From NCBI GenBank assembly GCA_963817915.1, contig CAWFQL010000017.1, positions 288,001-352,000 of the forward strand: DNA of 64,000 nucleotides, written 5' to 3'. Positions 1-9,629 of this stretch are shown here, piece after piece. Within the stretch, counting starts at the first letter, position 1; each line of letters opens with the position of its first letter. The notes under the pieces were generated by a model that made no database searches, was not told where the DNA came from, and was given only the letters and a program-made list of their open reading frames with translations. The position numbers were made by a program, and so were the translations under genes. The stretch comes from an uncultured candidate division Zixibacteria bacterium. GTDB lineage: Bacteria; Zixibacteria; MSB-5A5; UBA10806.

Positions 1-223
1 CGACGATGTCACTTTAACCGTAAAAAAAGAAAAACTCAAGCATTCCAATGATATTAGTTATTTTTATAAAAATATTCCACCTGGATATAAATTCTTAGAC
101 ATTATCGAATAAGCAAAAAAATAAATCCATATTTTCTTATCTATTGGCGCTTTAAATGCGTATATTGTTGTATATGTCCGGCCGCTGATTAATTATAGGC
201 CTCGAATTTATTGGAAGGATATT

Positions 224-1522
224 TTGAAAAAGACTTATTACCTGGCAACATTGGGATGCCCCAAAAATGACGTCGATTCTGAAGGCTTGGGGGCTGATCT
301 TATTTCGGCCGGGATGAGCAGTGTCGATGACCCCGAGCAGGCCGACCTGCTTTTGGTCAATAGCTGCGCTTTTATTGAAGATGCCAAGATAGAGACTCTC
401 GATACGGTTTTTGGCCTCCATAAGATCAGGAAAAAAGGTTCGACCCTTGTCCTATGCGGCTGTCTGCCGGCAAGATATAATCTCGACAGCGAATTAAAGG
501 AAGTCGATCTGTTTCTGAGTTCAAAAGAGCATTCGGAGCTTATAGAACGTCTCAATAGATTAGGCTGGAAGCTCGAAAACCACAAAGCAAAGCCGCCTCG
601 ATTGGCGCCAATATTGCCATTTAGCTATTTGAAGATTTCAGAAGGATGTGATAATCGTTGCAGCTATTGCGCTATTCCGGATATCAAAGGGCCATTCACG
701 AGCAGGCCGAAATCGGAAATACTCAATGAAGCCGAATTTCTCAATTCAAAAAATGTCAAGGAATTGACATTGATCGGACAGGACACCACTCTTTATGGCA
801 AGGACTTCAACGATGGCTATTCATTGTCCCATTTGTTAAAGGATCTGACGCAATTCGATTCAATCAGATGGATTCGATTAATTTACGCTCACCCGGCGCA
901 TCTCGATAACGAGACTATCGCAGTTATCAGCCAAAGTGAAAGAATAGTAAAATATATTGATTTACCGTTGCAGCATGTCAATGATCGGATTCTAAGATTA
1001 ATGAATCGCAGAACCGATAAGAATAGTATTGAATCCTTAATCCGAAAACTTAGGGCGAAAATGCCGGAAATTGTGCTAAGATCGACATTCATTGTGGGAT
1101 TCCCCGGCGAAACCGAAAAGGAATTTGGAGAGCTTTTGGATTTTATTGAGGAATTTGAATTGGATAATGTTGGTGTTTTTAAATATTCGCCTGAGGAAGG
1201 CACACCAGCATTCAGGCTTTCCGACCGAATCGATTCATCGGTTATCGATGAAAGATACTTGACTCTTTTGGACCTTCAAAATAATATCTCTGCGGCGAAG
1301 CTTGCCGGACGAGTCGGCCGGACAGAGACGGTGCTCCTGCATGAGATCGATAGTGAAGGAACCGGCATAGCCAGAGGATGGTTTCAAGCGCCTGAAGTAG
1401 ACGGGAATGTTTTTGTAGAAAATTGTACAGAGGAACCGGGGAATTTCATTGATGTCGAAATTAAAAAGGCGGATGCCTATGACCTTTACGCGGTTCAAGT
1501 TCGATCAAAGGATAACAATTGA
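224..1522 (+). CDS. rimO: Ribosomal protein S12 methylthiotransferase (radical SAM)
   Basis: N-terminal GCPKN..DSE, NSCAFI and GCL motifs; CxxxCxxC (EGCDNRCSYCAIP); C-terminal TRAM-like region with APEVDG. Confidence 0.93.
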   Translation: MKKTYYLATLGCPKNDVDSEGLGADLISAGMSSVDDPEQADLLLVNSCAFIEDAKIETLDTVFGLHKIRKKGSTLVLCGCLPARYNLDSELKEVDLFLSSKEHSELIERLNRLGWKLENHKAKPPRLAPILPFSYLKISEGCDNRCSYCAIPDIKGPFTSRPKSEILNEAEFLNSKNVKELTLIGQDTTLYGKDFNDGYSLSHLLKDLTQFDSIRWIRLIYAHPAHLDNETIAVISQSERIVKYIDLPLQHVNDRILRLMNRRTDKNSIESLIRKLRAKMPEIVLRSTFIVGFPGETEKEFGELLDFIEEFELDNVGVFKYSPEEGTPAFRLSDRIDSSVIDERYLTLLDLQNNISAAKLAGRVGRTETVLLHEIDSEGTGIARGWFQAPEVDGNVFVENCTEEPGNFIDVEIKKADAYDLYAVQVRSKDNN

Positions 1523-2181
1523 CTATCCTGACAAAGAATAAATACAAAAGCACGGGGCTTTTTATCTCGAGGCCTGTCGGGGTTGTGTTTTTTGTGATTT
1601 ATATCATTCAAGCGGCCATTATTGTCTGGTTGGTTCTGGCTTTTATGAAAAATAATAAGACAATAATGGAGCAAAAGCAAAAAATCGAAGAGCTCGAGCA
1701 AAAAGTCAAAATACTTGATATCATTGAAGAATATCAAATCGGATTTAATGACAATGAAGTTGGGCAGTTGACTAATGTTATTTATGATGAGAGCAAGAAA
1801 TTCAGCATAGACCCTTTGCTTATTTTGGCAGTAATAATCGCCGAGAGTTCATTTAAAAGACATCAGGAATCGAGCATGGGAGCCGAAGGATTGATGCAGG
1901 TTATGCCATCGGTAGGTAAGGATGTGGCAGAAAAATGGCGAATAGAATGGCCGCAGAAACTCGACCTTAATAACCCGGGACTCAATATAAAAGTTGGGAC
2001 TGCCTATCTCTTTCAGATGATTCTAAAATTCAAGGATATTAAAAAGGCGTTAATCGCATATAATATGGGCGAGGGCGTGACCGATGAGTACATCCAGTTC
2101 AACGCCGCCCTTCCGCTGCAATACTATAAGAAAGTTGTAAAAATTTACAAAACCCTCCGGAGCCGTTTTGAGACCAAATAA
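1519..2181 (+). CDS. Membrane-anchored lytic transglycosylase (SLT domain)
   Basis: N-terminal TM helix and coiled coil; SLT motifs AVIIAESSF (catalytic Glu), GLMQVMP, ALIAYNMG. Confidence 0.88.
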   Translation: MTILTKNKYKSTGLFISRPVGVVFFVIYIIQAAIIVWLVLAFMKNNKTIMEQKQKIEELEQKVKILDIIEEYQIGFNDNEVGQLTNVIYDESKKFSIDPLLILAVIIAESSFKRHQESSMGAEGLMQVMPSVGKDVAEKWRIEWPQKLDLNNPGLNIKVGTAYLFQMILKFKDIKKALIAYNMGEGVTDEYIQFNAALPLQYYKKVVKIYKTLRSRFETK

Positions 2182-2779
2182 GGTAATCCCCGTATTTACA
2201 GCAATATTAATATCATCGTTGGCAGGAACCTCGGCTTACTGCCAGCCCCAAAGCAACGAACAGTTCGTGATGGAATCTGTATCGAAAGCTGTCAATGATA
2301 ATGTTGAATTATCCGGAATAAGCAGGATTTTATTGTCCGATGATAGCACCGGGATAAATCGTCCTATCTTATTCGGAATTGTTCAGGCGCTCAGCGGCAA
2401 AGGAATTTTATCCGTATTCGGTCCAACGTCAGATACTACTGATGCCGAGTTAAGTTTTAAAATATCCGGATTGGATTTTCATTACGCTAAAGGTTCCTCG
2501 ATGGGTTTTTTGAAAAAACATAGAATCAAACGGGAACTGCAGGGCCAGATCATGATTACAATAAAAAGAAGCGCTGACAATGCGGCTCTGGTAATGAAGT
2601 CAGTTGAATTTTCTAATAATGATGATATTGAACCGGAAGCTTTGAATTTTGTTAAAAGCCGCGATATTGTGGAATTGGCGCCGCAAGCGCCATCATCTCG
2701 ATGGTCTAAATTTCTTGAACCTGCACTTGTGACAATTTCAGTTGGCGCATTGGTTTATCTTTTCTTTGCCAATAGATGA
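2168..2779 (+). CDS. Hypothetical exported protein with C-terminal TM anchor
   Basis: Signal-peptide-like N-terminus; C-terminal hydrophobic helix EPALVTISVGALVYLFFANR; overlaps the upstream gene. Confidence 0.7.
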   Translation: MRPNKVIPVFTAILISSLAGTSAYCQPQSNEQFVMESVSKAVNDNVELSGISRILLSDDSTGINRPILFGIVQALSGKGILSVFGPTSDTTDAELSFKISGLDFHYAKGSSMGFLKKHRIKRELQGQIMITIKRSADNAALVMKSVEFSNNDDIEPEALNFVKSRDIVELAPQAPSSRWSKFLEPALVTISVGALVYLFFANR

Positions 2780-2786
2780 GGAGATT

Positions 2787-3554
2787 ATGAAAGTTTTAAT
2801 TGCTGTTCTTATTTCAGTTACGAGTATATCAACAATCATTATCGGATGCTCACGATCCGCTATGCGGGATCAGGCTACGCCTCACGGGCAATTTGATAAT
2901 GCAATGGATCTTTATAATCGTAAAAAATATTTCAAAGCCCAGGTGGAATTTCAGAGGATAATTTATAGTTTCCCCGGCCAGTCATTCAGCGATACGGCCC
3001 TATATTATCTCGGAATGTCTTTATACGGCATGAAGAGCTATTCCGAGGCGACCTCGGAATTTGAGAAAATGCTCAATGCCTATTCGTCATCGCCATTGGC
3101 GGATAAGGCCCAATATCAACTCGCTATGTGTCACTACAATGACTCTCCCGGGTACGCGCTGGACCAGGCGGAAACATTCGAAGCGATAGATCAATTCAGT
3201 ACGCTTTTGAGTAAATATCCTATGAGCCCATTGGTTCCGGACGCTAGAGATAAATTAGATAAATTAAATGACAAATTAGCCAAGAAGCTCTATAAGGCTG
3301 GAGAGATTTATCTGAAATTGGACGATTACAATCCGGCTTTGCTTTATTTTTATAATGTCCGGGATAATTATCCCAATACTGAATGGGCGCAATATTCGTT
3401 CTTTTACTCAGGCGTTGCGCAGATGAAACTAGGCAAAAACACAGAAGCGCTAGAAACATTCCAGAATTTTATTACGGCATTTCCCAACAATAAGCTTGTC
3501 TCAAAAGCTCATAAATATATTGCCCGAATAAAACCCCAAGAAGCCGGAGGCTGA
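2787..3554 (+). CDS. bamD: Outer membrane assembly lipoprotein BamD (TPR)
   Basis: GAGGAG RBS then ATG at 2787; lipobox IIGC; TPR repeats; LDQAET..AIDQF....KYP motif typical of BamD/YfiO. Confidence 0.85.
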   Translation: MKVLIAVLISVTSISTIIIGCSRSAMRDQATPHGQFDNAMDLYNRKKYFKAQVEFQRIIYSFPGQSFSDTALYYLGMSLYGMKSYSEATSEFEKMLNAYSSSPLADKAQYQLAMCHYNDSPGYALDQAETFEAIDQFSTLLSKYPMSPLVPDARDKLDKLNDKLAKKLYKAGEIYLKLDDYNPALLYFYNVRDNYPNTEWAQYSFFYSGVAQMKLGKNTEALETFQNFITAFPNNKLVSKAHKYIARIKPQEAGG

Positions 3555-3557
3555 ACT

Positions 3558-4140
3558 TTGGCTCGGATCGGTATACTCGGGGGTACTTTCGATCCGCCGC
3601 ATAACGGCCATATTGCATTAGCGTTCGCGGCTCTGGCTCAGCTACAACTGGATAGGATAATTTTTATTCCGGCCAATAAGCCTCCACATAAGCCGGAAAC
3701 TGTAATTTCATCCGCAAATGACAGACTCAATATGCTGCGGCTGGCCATAGATTCGATAAAGGATTTTGACCTTTCCGAAATAGAATTACATCGGCCGGGG
3801 AATTCTTATACGATTGAAACATTATCGGAGCTTAAAGCAGTTTATCCTGACGATGAGTTTTATTTTATAATAGGAGCTGATAATGTTGCCGAAATGGAAG
3901 GATGGCATAAGCCCGAAGAGATTTTCAAATTGGCTACAATAGCGGCGGCCAACAGACCGGGCTATATGACCCAAAGGCAGGTTTGCCGATAAAGTCAAAT
4001 ACTTTGAGATGCCTTTAAAAGATATATCATCGACTGCGATTAGAGCGTTGGTAAGTGCCGGTAAATCGATACACGAACTTGTGCCGGACGCAGTAGAGAA
4101 ATATATTTATAAGCATCACCTTTATGGAGCCAATGGATAG
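3558..4140 (+). CDS. nadD: Nicotinate-nucleotide adenylyltransferase (frameshift near 3969, probable sequencing error)
   Basis: [22 protein letters not shown] and IIGAD motifs; the C-terminal ISSTAIR...[15 protein letters not shown] continues in another frame to TAG at 4138-4140. Confidence 0.9.
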
Positions 4141-6821
4141 ACTGATATTAATCGACGGTTCCGCCGTCGCCTACCGCAGCTATTTCGCATTTATACGGAA
4201 TCCTTTGATCAATTCACGCGGTGAAAATACCGGGGCGATATTTGGCTTTGTCAATTCCATTACAAAGATTATCAATGATTTCAAGCCTCAATATTTCGGT
4301 GTTGTCTTTGATACTCCTGTACCGACATTCCGACATGAATATTATCCCGAATATAAATCGACCCGCGCGAAAACGCCTTTCGAATTAATAGAACAGTTTC
4401 CGTGGATCGATCAGGCGATTCTCGGATTCAATATTCCGGTTATCAAGATGGACGGCTACGAAGCTGATGACGTAATCGGAACTTTGGCCCAGCAAGCGGC
4501 GGGTCAGGGGTTAGAAGTGTTGATGTTTACAGGAGATAAGGATTATTATCAGCTTGTAAACGATAAAATCAAGATACTCCATCCCAAGGATTTTTCGATT
4601 ATAGATTCGGCCGGTGTTAAGGAAAAATTCGGCGTCCCGCCTGAGAAAGTCATAGATACGTTGGCCTTGATGGGTGATACTGCTGATAATATTCCGGGTG
4701 TTGCCGGGGTCGGGCCGAAAACCGCTATTTCGCTGATTGAGGAGTTCGGCGACCTCGACAATGTTCTCGAAAAGGGGCCCACAGAGAAAAAAGGCAAACT
4801 GGCTGAATCTTTATCCAAATACAAAGACCAGGCGATTTTATCTAGACGATTAGCCACCATAAAACTTGATTGCCCGATTCAACTCGAATTGGATAAATTG
4901 ATAATCGAGGAGCCGGACTATAAAACGTTGGCCGAGCTTTTCCGCCGACTGGAATTCAAGAATCTTGCCGATAAATACGCGTCGACCAAAGCCGAAAGTC
5001 TTTTCCAGAACGAAACCAAATCCGCCGCTTCTGATTATCGAACAATAGACAAAATAGAAGAACTGGATTCGGTCTTAGATAGAGATTGCAGAAAAAGAGG
5101 AATTCGCATTAGATACTGAAACCACTTCGATCTCGGCCTTAGACGCGAAATTGGTCGGAATATCTTTATCTTTCGAGGCGAAGACAGGATTCTATATTCC
5201 ACTGGGTCACAATGGCTACCATAACTTACCGTTGGAAGATGTCTTGAATCGATTCAGTAAGCTTTTTCAAACGGATATAAAAGTTATCGGCCAAAATATA
5301 AAATATGATCGTCAGGTGCTCAAGAATCACGGTCTCCATCTGGATAAACCGTCATTCGATACAATGATAGCGGCATATCTTGTCGATCCCGGCAAGCGAA
5401 TCTACAATCTCGATTCAATGGCGCTCGAGCATTTTAATTATAAAATGATGCCGATCACTGATTTAATCGGGACGGGCAAGAAGCAATTGAATTTTTCCAT
5501 GGTGAATGTCGAAAAGGCCACATTTTATTCCAGCGAGGATGCTGACTATACCTTAAGGCTGAAAAATATATTCGCGCCGAAGTTGATAGAATTAAAATTA
5601 GATTCGCTTTTTGATAATATAGAGATGCCGCTTCTACCGGTTCTCGGAGATATGGAAGAAGTTGGAGTCAGGATCGATTCCGAATTTCTGGGTCAGCTCT
5701 CACACGAATACGGCAAGAAAATGAAGAATGTCGAAAAAGAAATATTCGATGAAGTGGGCGAAGAATTCAATCTTAATTCGCCTCAGCAATTGGCCAAGAT
5801 ACTTTTCGAAAAACTGAAACTTACGTCGTCGCGACGCACCGCCAAGGGCGGCGCGCTGGCCACATCGGTGGATATTCTTGAAAAACTCGCGGAGACCCAT
5901 CCGGTTCCCCGATTGGTTCTCGAGTACCGGCAATTGACGAAATTAAAATCGACCTATATCGACGCGCTTCCGGCGATTGTAAATAAAAGAACGGGAAGAG
6001 TGCATACGAGCTTTAATCAAACCATAGCTGCCACCGGCAGGCTTTCATCGACTGATCCAAATCTCCAGAATATCCCAGTTCGCACCGATGAGGGCAGGGA
6101 GATTAGACGCGCGTTTATACCCAAAGATGATAATTTCAAGATTATGTCAGCAGATTATTCTCAAATCGAATTAAGAATAATGGCACATTTCGCCAATGAT
6201 GAAACGATGATCAAATCGTTTGAGCTTGGCGAGGATATTCATCGCAGGACAGCCGCCGAAGTATATGGAGTGGATATTCGCGATGTCACCGATGAACAAA
6301 GGCGTTCGGCGAAAACCGCTAATTTCGCCATAATCTACGGAGTCTCGGCGTACGGGCTATCTCAACAATCTGAATTGACTCTGAATGAATCGAAGGATTT
6401 CATAGATATCTATTTTGAACGATACCCCGGAATAAAAAAATACATGGAGGACATCAAGAATTTCGCCCGCGAGCATGGGTATGTATCCACGCTGTTTGAT
6501 CGGCGGCGCTATCTACCGGATATCCTCGCCAAGTCAGCGCAGGCACGCCAATTTGCGGAAAGAACAGCGATCAATACTCCGATTCAGGGAACTGCCGCCG
6601 ATATGATTAAAATCGCTATGATCAAAATCGCGGACTTAATCGGAAATTTCAAATCCAAAATGATATTGCAGGTACATGACGAGCTGGTTTTCGACGCTCA
6701 CAAAGATGAAGTGGATTCTCTGCGAAATATAGTAAAGCAGGAAATGGAGAATGCTGTTAAACTAAAGGCGCCGATCAGGGTAGATATCACAGTCGGAGAT
6801 AATTGGCTTGAGGCCAAATAA
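4133..6821 (+). CDS. polA: DNA polymerase I (frameshift near 5081, probable sequencing error)
   Basis: 5'-3' exo domain (LIDGS, YEADD, GDKD, DNIPGV) in ORF 4124-5119; ExoI DTETT in the bridging frame; polymerase motifs [24 protein letters not shown] in 5151-6821. Confidence 0.95.
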
Positions 6822-6861
6822 TATTTGCAGAATTTTAATTCTCATCATATGAAGCTTTAGC

Positions 6862-7467
6862 ATGATTGTAATTGGATTAACAGGAGGACCCGGTACCGGC
6901 AAGACATTGGCGTCCGGATTTCTTAAGGAGAAAGGCGCGATTATTCTTTCGGGCGATGATGCTGGAAGGAAGGCTGTAGAAAAAAACCCAAAAATTCTTA
7001 AACGGCTGATTCGAGTCTTTAGCATGACGATCCTAACGCCCAATAGCCATTTAAACCGCCGGAAATTGGGAACATTAGTATTTTCCAATGTTGAAGCCCG
7101 TCAGAAATTAAACGAGATAGTTCATCCTGAACTCCTGAAACTTCTAAAAGCAGATCTGCTTAAATATAAGAAAAATAAAAGAATCCAATTAATAGTCATA
7201 GACGCCGCGCTGATCTTCGAATGGGGAATCGCGGACTGGTGCGATTATATTGTGGTTGTCACTGCCAAAAGAGATGTTCGTATTAAACGGATGATGCTCA
7301 ATGGGCTTTCCCGCGCCGATGCGATTAATAGAATAGCATCTCAAATTCCTCAAAAGGAAAAAGAGGCCCTGGCGGATTATGTAATAGTCAACAACGGAAC
7401 CAAAGCTGAACTAAAAAGAAAAATATCCAAGTTTTTGATAGAATTAAAAAAGGCTAAAAATCGATAG
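6862..7467 (+). CDS. coaE: Dephospho-CoA kinase
   Basis: GLTGGPGTGKT P-loop, LNEIVHP, DAALIFE, RIASQ, ADYVIVNNG; follows polA as usual. Confidence 0.92.
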   Translation: MIVIGLTGGPGTGKTLASGFLKEKGAIILSGDDAGRKAVEKNPKILKRLIRVFSMTILTPNSHLNRRKLGTLVFSNVEARQKLNEIVHPELLKLLKADLLKYKKNKRIQLIVIDAALIFEWGIADWCDYIVVVTAKRDVRIKRMMLNGLSRADAINRIASQIPQKEKEALADYVIVNNGTKAELKRKISKFLIELKKAKNR

Positions 7468-7623
7468 CCTGGCTGGCCCGTATATCTAAATTTACAATCA
7501 TTCGATAAAATCCTATAAATTATTTTCAAAACGATTTAAAAATCCAATTACTTGTCTGATATCTGTTATTTTTAGAATCGATTTTCTCTTGATAATATTA
7601 ATATTAATCTATTAAATAGATTT

Positions 7624-8307
7624 ATGCATATCTGGGGTTTTTTAGTCAATAGTTTAACGGTTATAGCCGGCTCGATTTTAGGTCGTCTGCTTAGTTCGAG
7701 AATGCCTGAATCGTTGAAAAAAATAATCCTTTCCGCTTTGGGACTGTCTACCATATTGATTGGAGCGCAGATGGCCTTAGGCACGGAAAAGATGATAACC
7801 GTCATAGGTTCATTGATTGCAGGCGGTATCATAGGACAATTGATAGGCATCGAAGAATGGCTCGAAAGAATCGGCGAAATTCTGCAAAAAAGAGTGAAGA
7901 CTACTTCAAGTACATTCGTGCCTGGGTTTGTCACCGCATCACTATTATTCTGCACCGGGCCCATGACGATTGTCGGATCGCTTCAGGATGGTTTCGCTCG
8001 AATTGGAAATTTAGTTTATATAAAATCGATAATGGATGGTGTCGCTGCGATAGCATTGGCCGCGAGCCTCGGCATAGGCGTGCTATTTTCAACATTAACA
8101 GTCTTTGTTATTCAGGGCGCTTTGACATTGGTGGGTGTATTGGTTGGCGGATCATTGGATAAGATGATTTTGAATGAAATAAGCGCCACTGGCGGCATAT
8201 TGATCCTTGGACTCGGATTCAATATTTTAGGGATTGCTAAAATAAAGGTCGGCAATCTTCTCCCGGCATTATTCATTGTAGGGCCTTTGGTCTGGTATTT
8301 CGCATAA
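7624..8307 (+). CDS. DUF554 family membrane protein
   Basis: Multi-TM protein with GFVTASLLFCTGPMTIVGSLQDG, KSIMDG and KIKVGNLLPAL signatures. Confidence 0.88.
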   Translation: MHIWGFLVNSLTVIAGSILGRLLSSRMPESLKKIILSALGLSTILIGAQMALGTEKMITVIGSLIAGGIIGQLIGIEEWLERIGEILQKRVKTTSSTFVPGFVTASLLFCTGPMTIVGSLQDGFARIGNLVYIKSIMDGVAAIALAASLGIGVLFSTLTVFVIQGALTLVGVLVGGSLDKMILNEISATGGILILGLGFNILGIAKIKVGNLLPALFIVGPLVWYFA

Positions 8308-8349
8308 ATTGGAACTGTCAAATAAAGTAGTTTTGTTAAAGGAGGTAGA

Positions 8350-9429
8350 ATGAGTTTCGATAAATTGCTCGATAGGCGTCCGGAATTTATAAAAAAGAAG
8401 CTTGGCTCAAAGTCTAAAGTTTGTTTGCTCAATGGTCATGACATCTTCAAGCATATTCGCGAAGACAAAATCATTGTAATGGCCTGCAACACTCGAATCA
8501 AACACGTGATTCCAGGAATTATGAAGGCTGCCATGGAAACCGATTCGTTGGTGGCGTTCGAATTGGCCAAATCAGAATCTGATCTTAAAGGCGGCTATGT
8601 CAATATGACGCCCAAAGATTATTTCGAAACAATTATCGCTTATGCCGAGCAAATCGGATATACGCATCCATTTATTATTCATGCCGATCACTTGACTGTT
8701 AAAACCAATAAAGAGGAAGAGATAGCTGAAACTGAAAAGTTAATGGCGGCCCAACTTGCGGCTGGCTATACATCATATGCTATCGACGCGTCATTTAACC
8801 CTGAAGACGAAAATATTAAAATCACTATCAGGCTTGCAAAACCTGTTGTCGAACAAGGCCTTGGATTGGAAACAGAAGTCGGCGAAATAAAATCGGTCGG
8901 TTCCACGGGCGAAATTACGACAGTCGATGAAGCTCGCATCTTTATTGATGGTCTTCATGACGCCAAAATAACCCCTGATCTACTTGGAATCAACAACGGC
9001 TCCAAGCACGGAAATTATCTTGAAGGCGAGGAAATCCATATTGATCTTAAGAGGACAGGGGATTGCTACAACGTGATAAAAGGTTATGGTGTTTGCATTG
9101 CCCAGCACGGAATAACGGGAACGCCCCTACACTTGGTGGGCAAATTTGCCGATTATGGTATTAGGAAGGGCAATGTTGGGACGGAATGGCAAAATATAGC
9201 TCATCGCAATATGCCGCAAGACCTTATGCAGGCCATGAAGGATTGGGCTAAGGGAGTTAATAAAGATATTAAATTCACTACCAAGCAATTTTTCAAGGAA
9301 ATCGATCAAATTCCCGAAAGTAATATGAAATCGATGGAAGAAGACGCCCGTAAAACTGCAATCGAATATTTCAAGGCATTTCGAGCAGTCGGTTCTGCAT
9401 CATTATTCAGCAGAAAGTCGATTGGTTGA
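8350..9429 (+). CDS. fba: Class II fructose-bisphosphate aldolase
   Basis: HADH, AIDAS, ETEVGEI, GSKHG, AQHGITG and KGNVGT motifs; AGGAGG RBS. Confidence 0.85.
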   Translation: MSFDKLLDRRPEFIKKKLGSKSKVCLLNGHDIFKHIREDKIIVMACNTRIKHVIPGIMKAAMETDSLVAFELAKSESDLKGGYVNMTPKDYFETIIAYAEQIGYTHPFIIHADHLTVKTNKEEEIAETEKLMAAQLAAGYTSYAIDASFNPEDENIKITIRLAKPVVEQGLGLETEVGEIKSVGSTGEITTVDEARIFIDGLHDAKITPDLLGINNGSKHGNYLEGEEIHIDLKRTGDCYNVIKGYGVCIAQHGITGTPLHLVGKFADYGIRKGNVGTEWQNIAHRNMPQDLMQAMKDWAKGVNKDIKFTTKQFFKEIDQIPESNMKSMEEDARKTAIEYFKAFRAVGSASLFSRKSIG

Positions 9430-9438
9430 AAATTATAC

Positions 9439-9466
9439 TTGACAATTTTGGTATGAACAATATCTT
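9439..9466 (+). promoter_or_regulatory. Putative sigma70-type promoter of the porU operon
   Basis: TTGACA (9439-9444), N16, TATCTT (9461-9466). Confidence 0.55.
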
Positions 9467-9504
9467 AGACGTAATTTGAATTGACGAAAGGAAACGCTTA
9501 TCGT

Positions 9505-9582
9505 AATTGGCTAAAGGGTAGTTGTAGAAAAGCGAAGAGATTGTAAAAAGGCTTTACCTACATGCCCAGTGGCTAATTTTTT
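9505..9582 (+). ncRNA. Long imperfect RNA hairpin with U-tract in the porU leader (unassigned structured RNA or attenuator)
   Basis: Nested pairings AATTGGCTA/TGGCTAATT, GGGTA/TGCCC, TGTAG/CTACA, AAAGC/GCTTT; three G-U pairs favour the + strand; T6 at 9577-9582. Confidence 0.5.
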
Positions 9583-9629
9583 GTCTTTGGCCGAATGGCC
9601 GAAGATGAAATGTATTCATCGGAGGATTG

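Noticed and set aside
1..50. Possible start of a divergent minus-strand gene at the window edge
   Set aside because: Only about 13 codons are visible, too few to support a call
4124..5119. Stand-alone 5'-3' exonuclease plus a separate Klenow-like gene, or programmed frameshifting in polA
   Set aside because: The bridging frame encodes the ExoI DTETT motif, there is no slippery heptamer, and a one-base correction restores a normal polA
9481..9585. c-di-GMP-I riboswitch or 6S RNA identity for the porU leader
   Set aside because: It lacks the GGCAAAC/GACGCAAAG core of c-di-GMP-I and the symmetric central bubble of 6S; kept only as an unassigned structure
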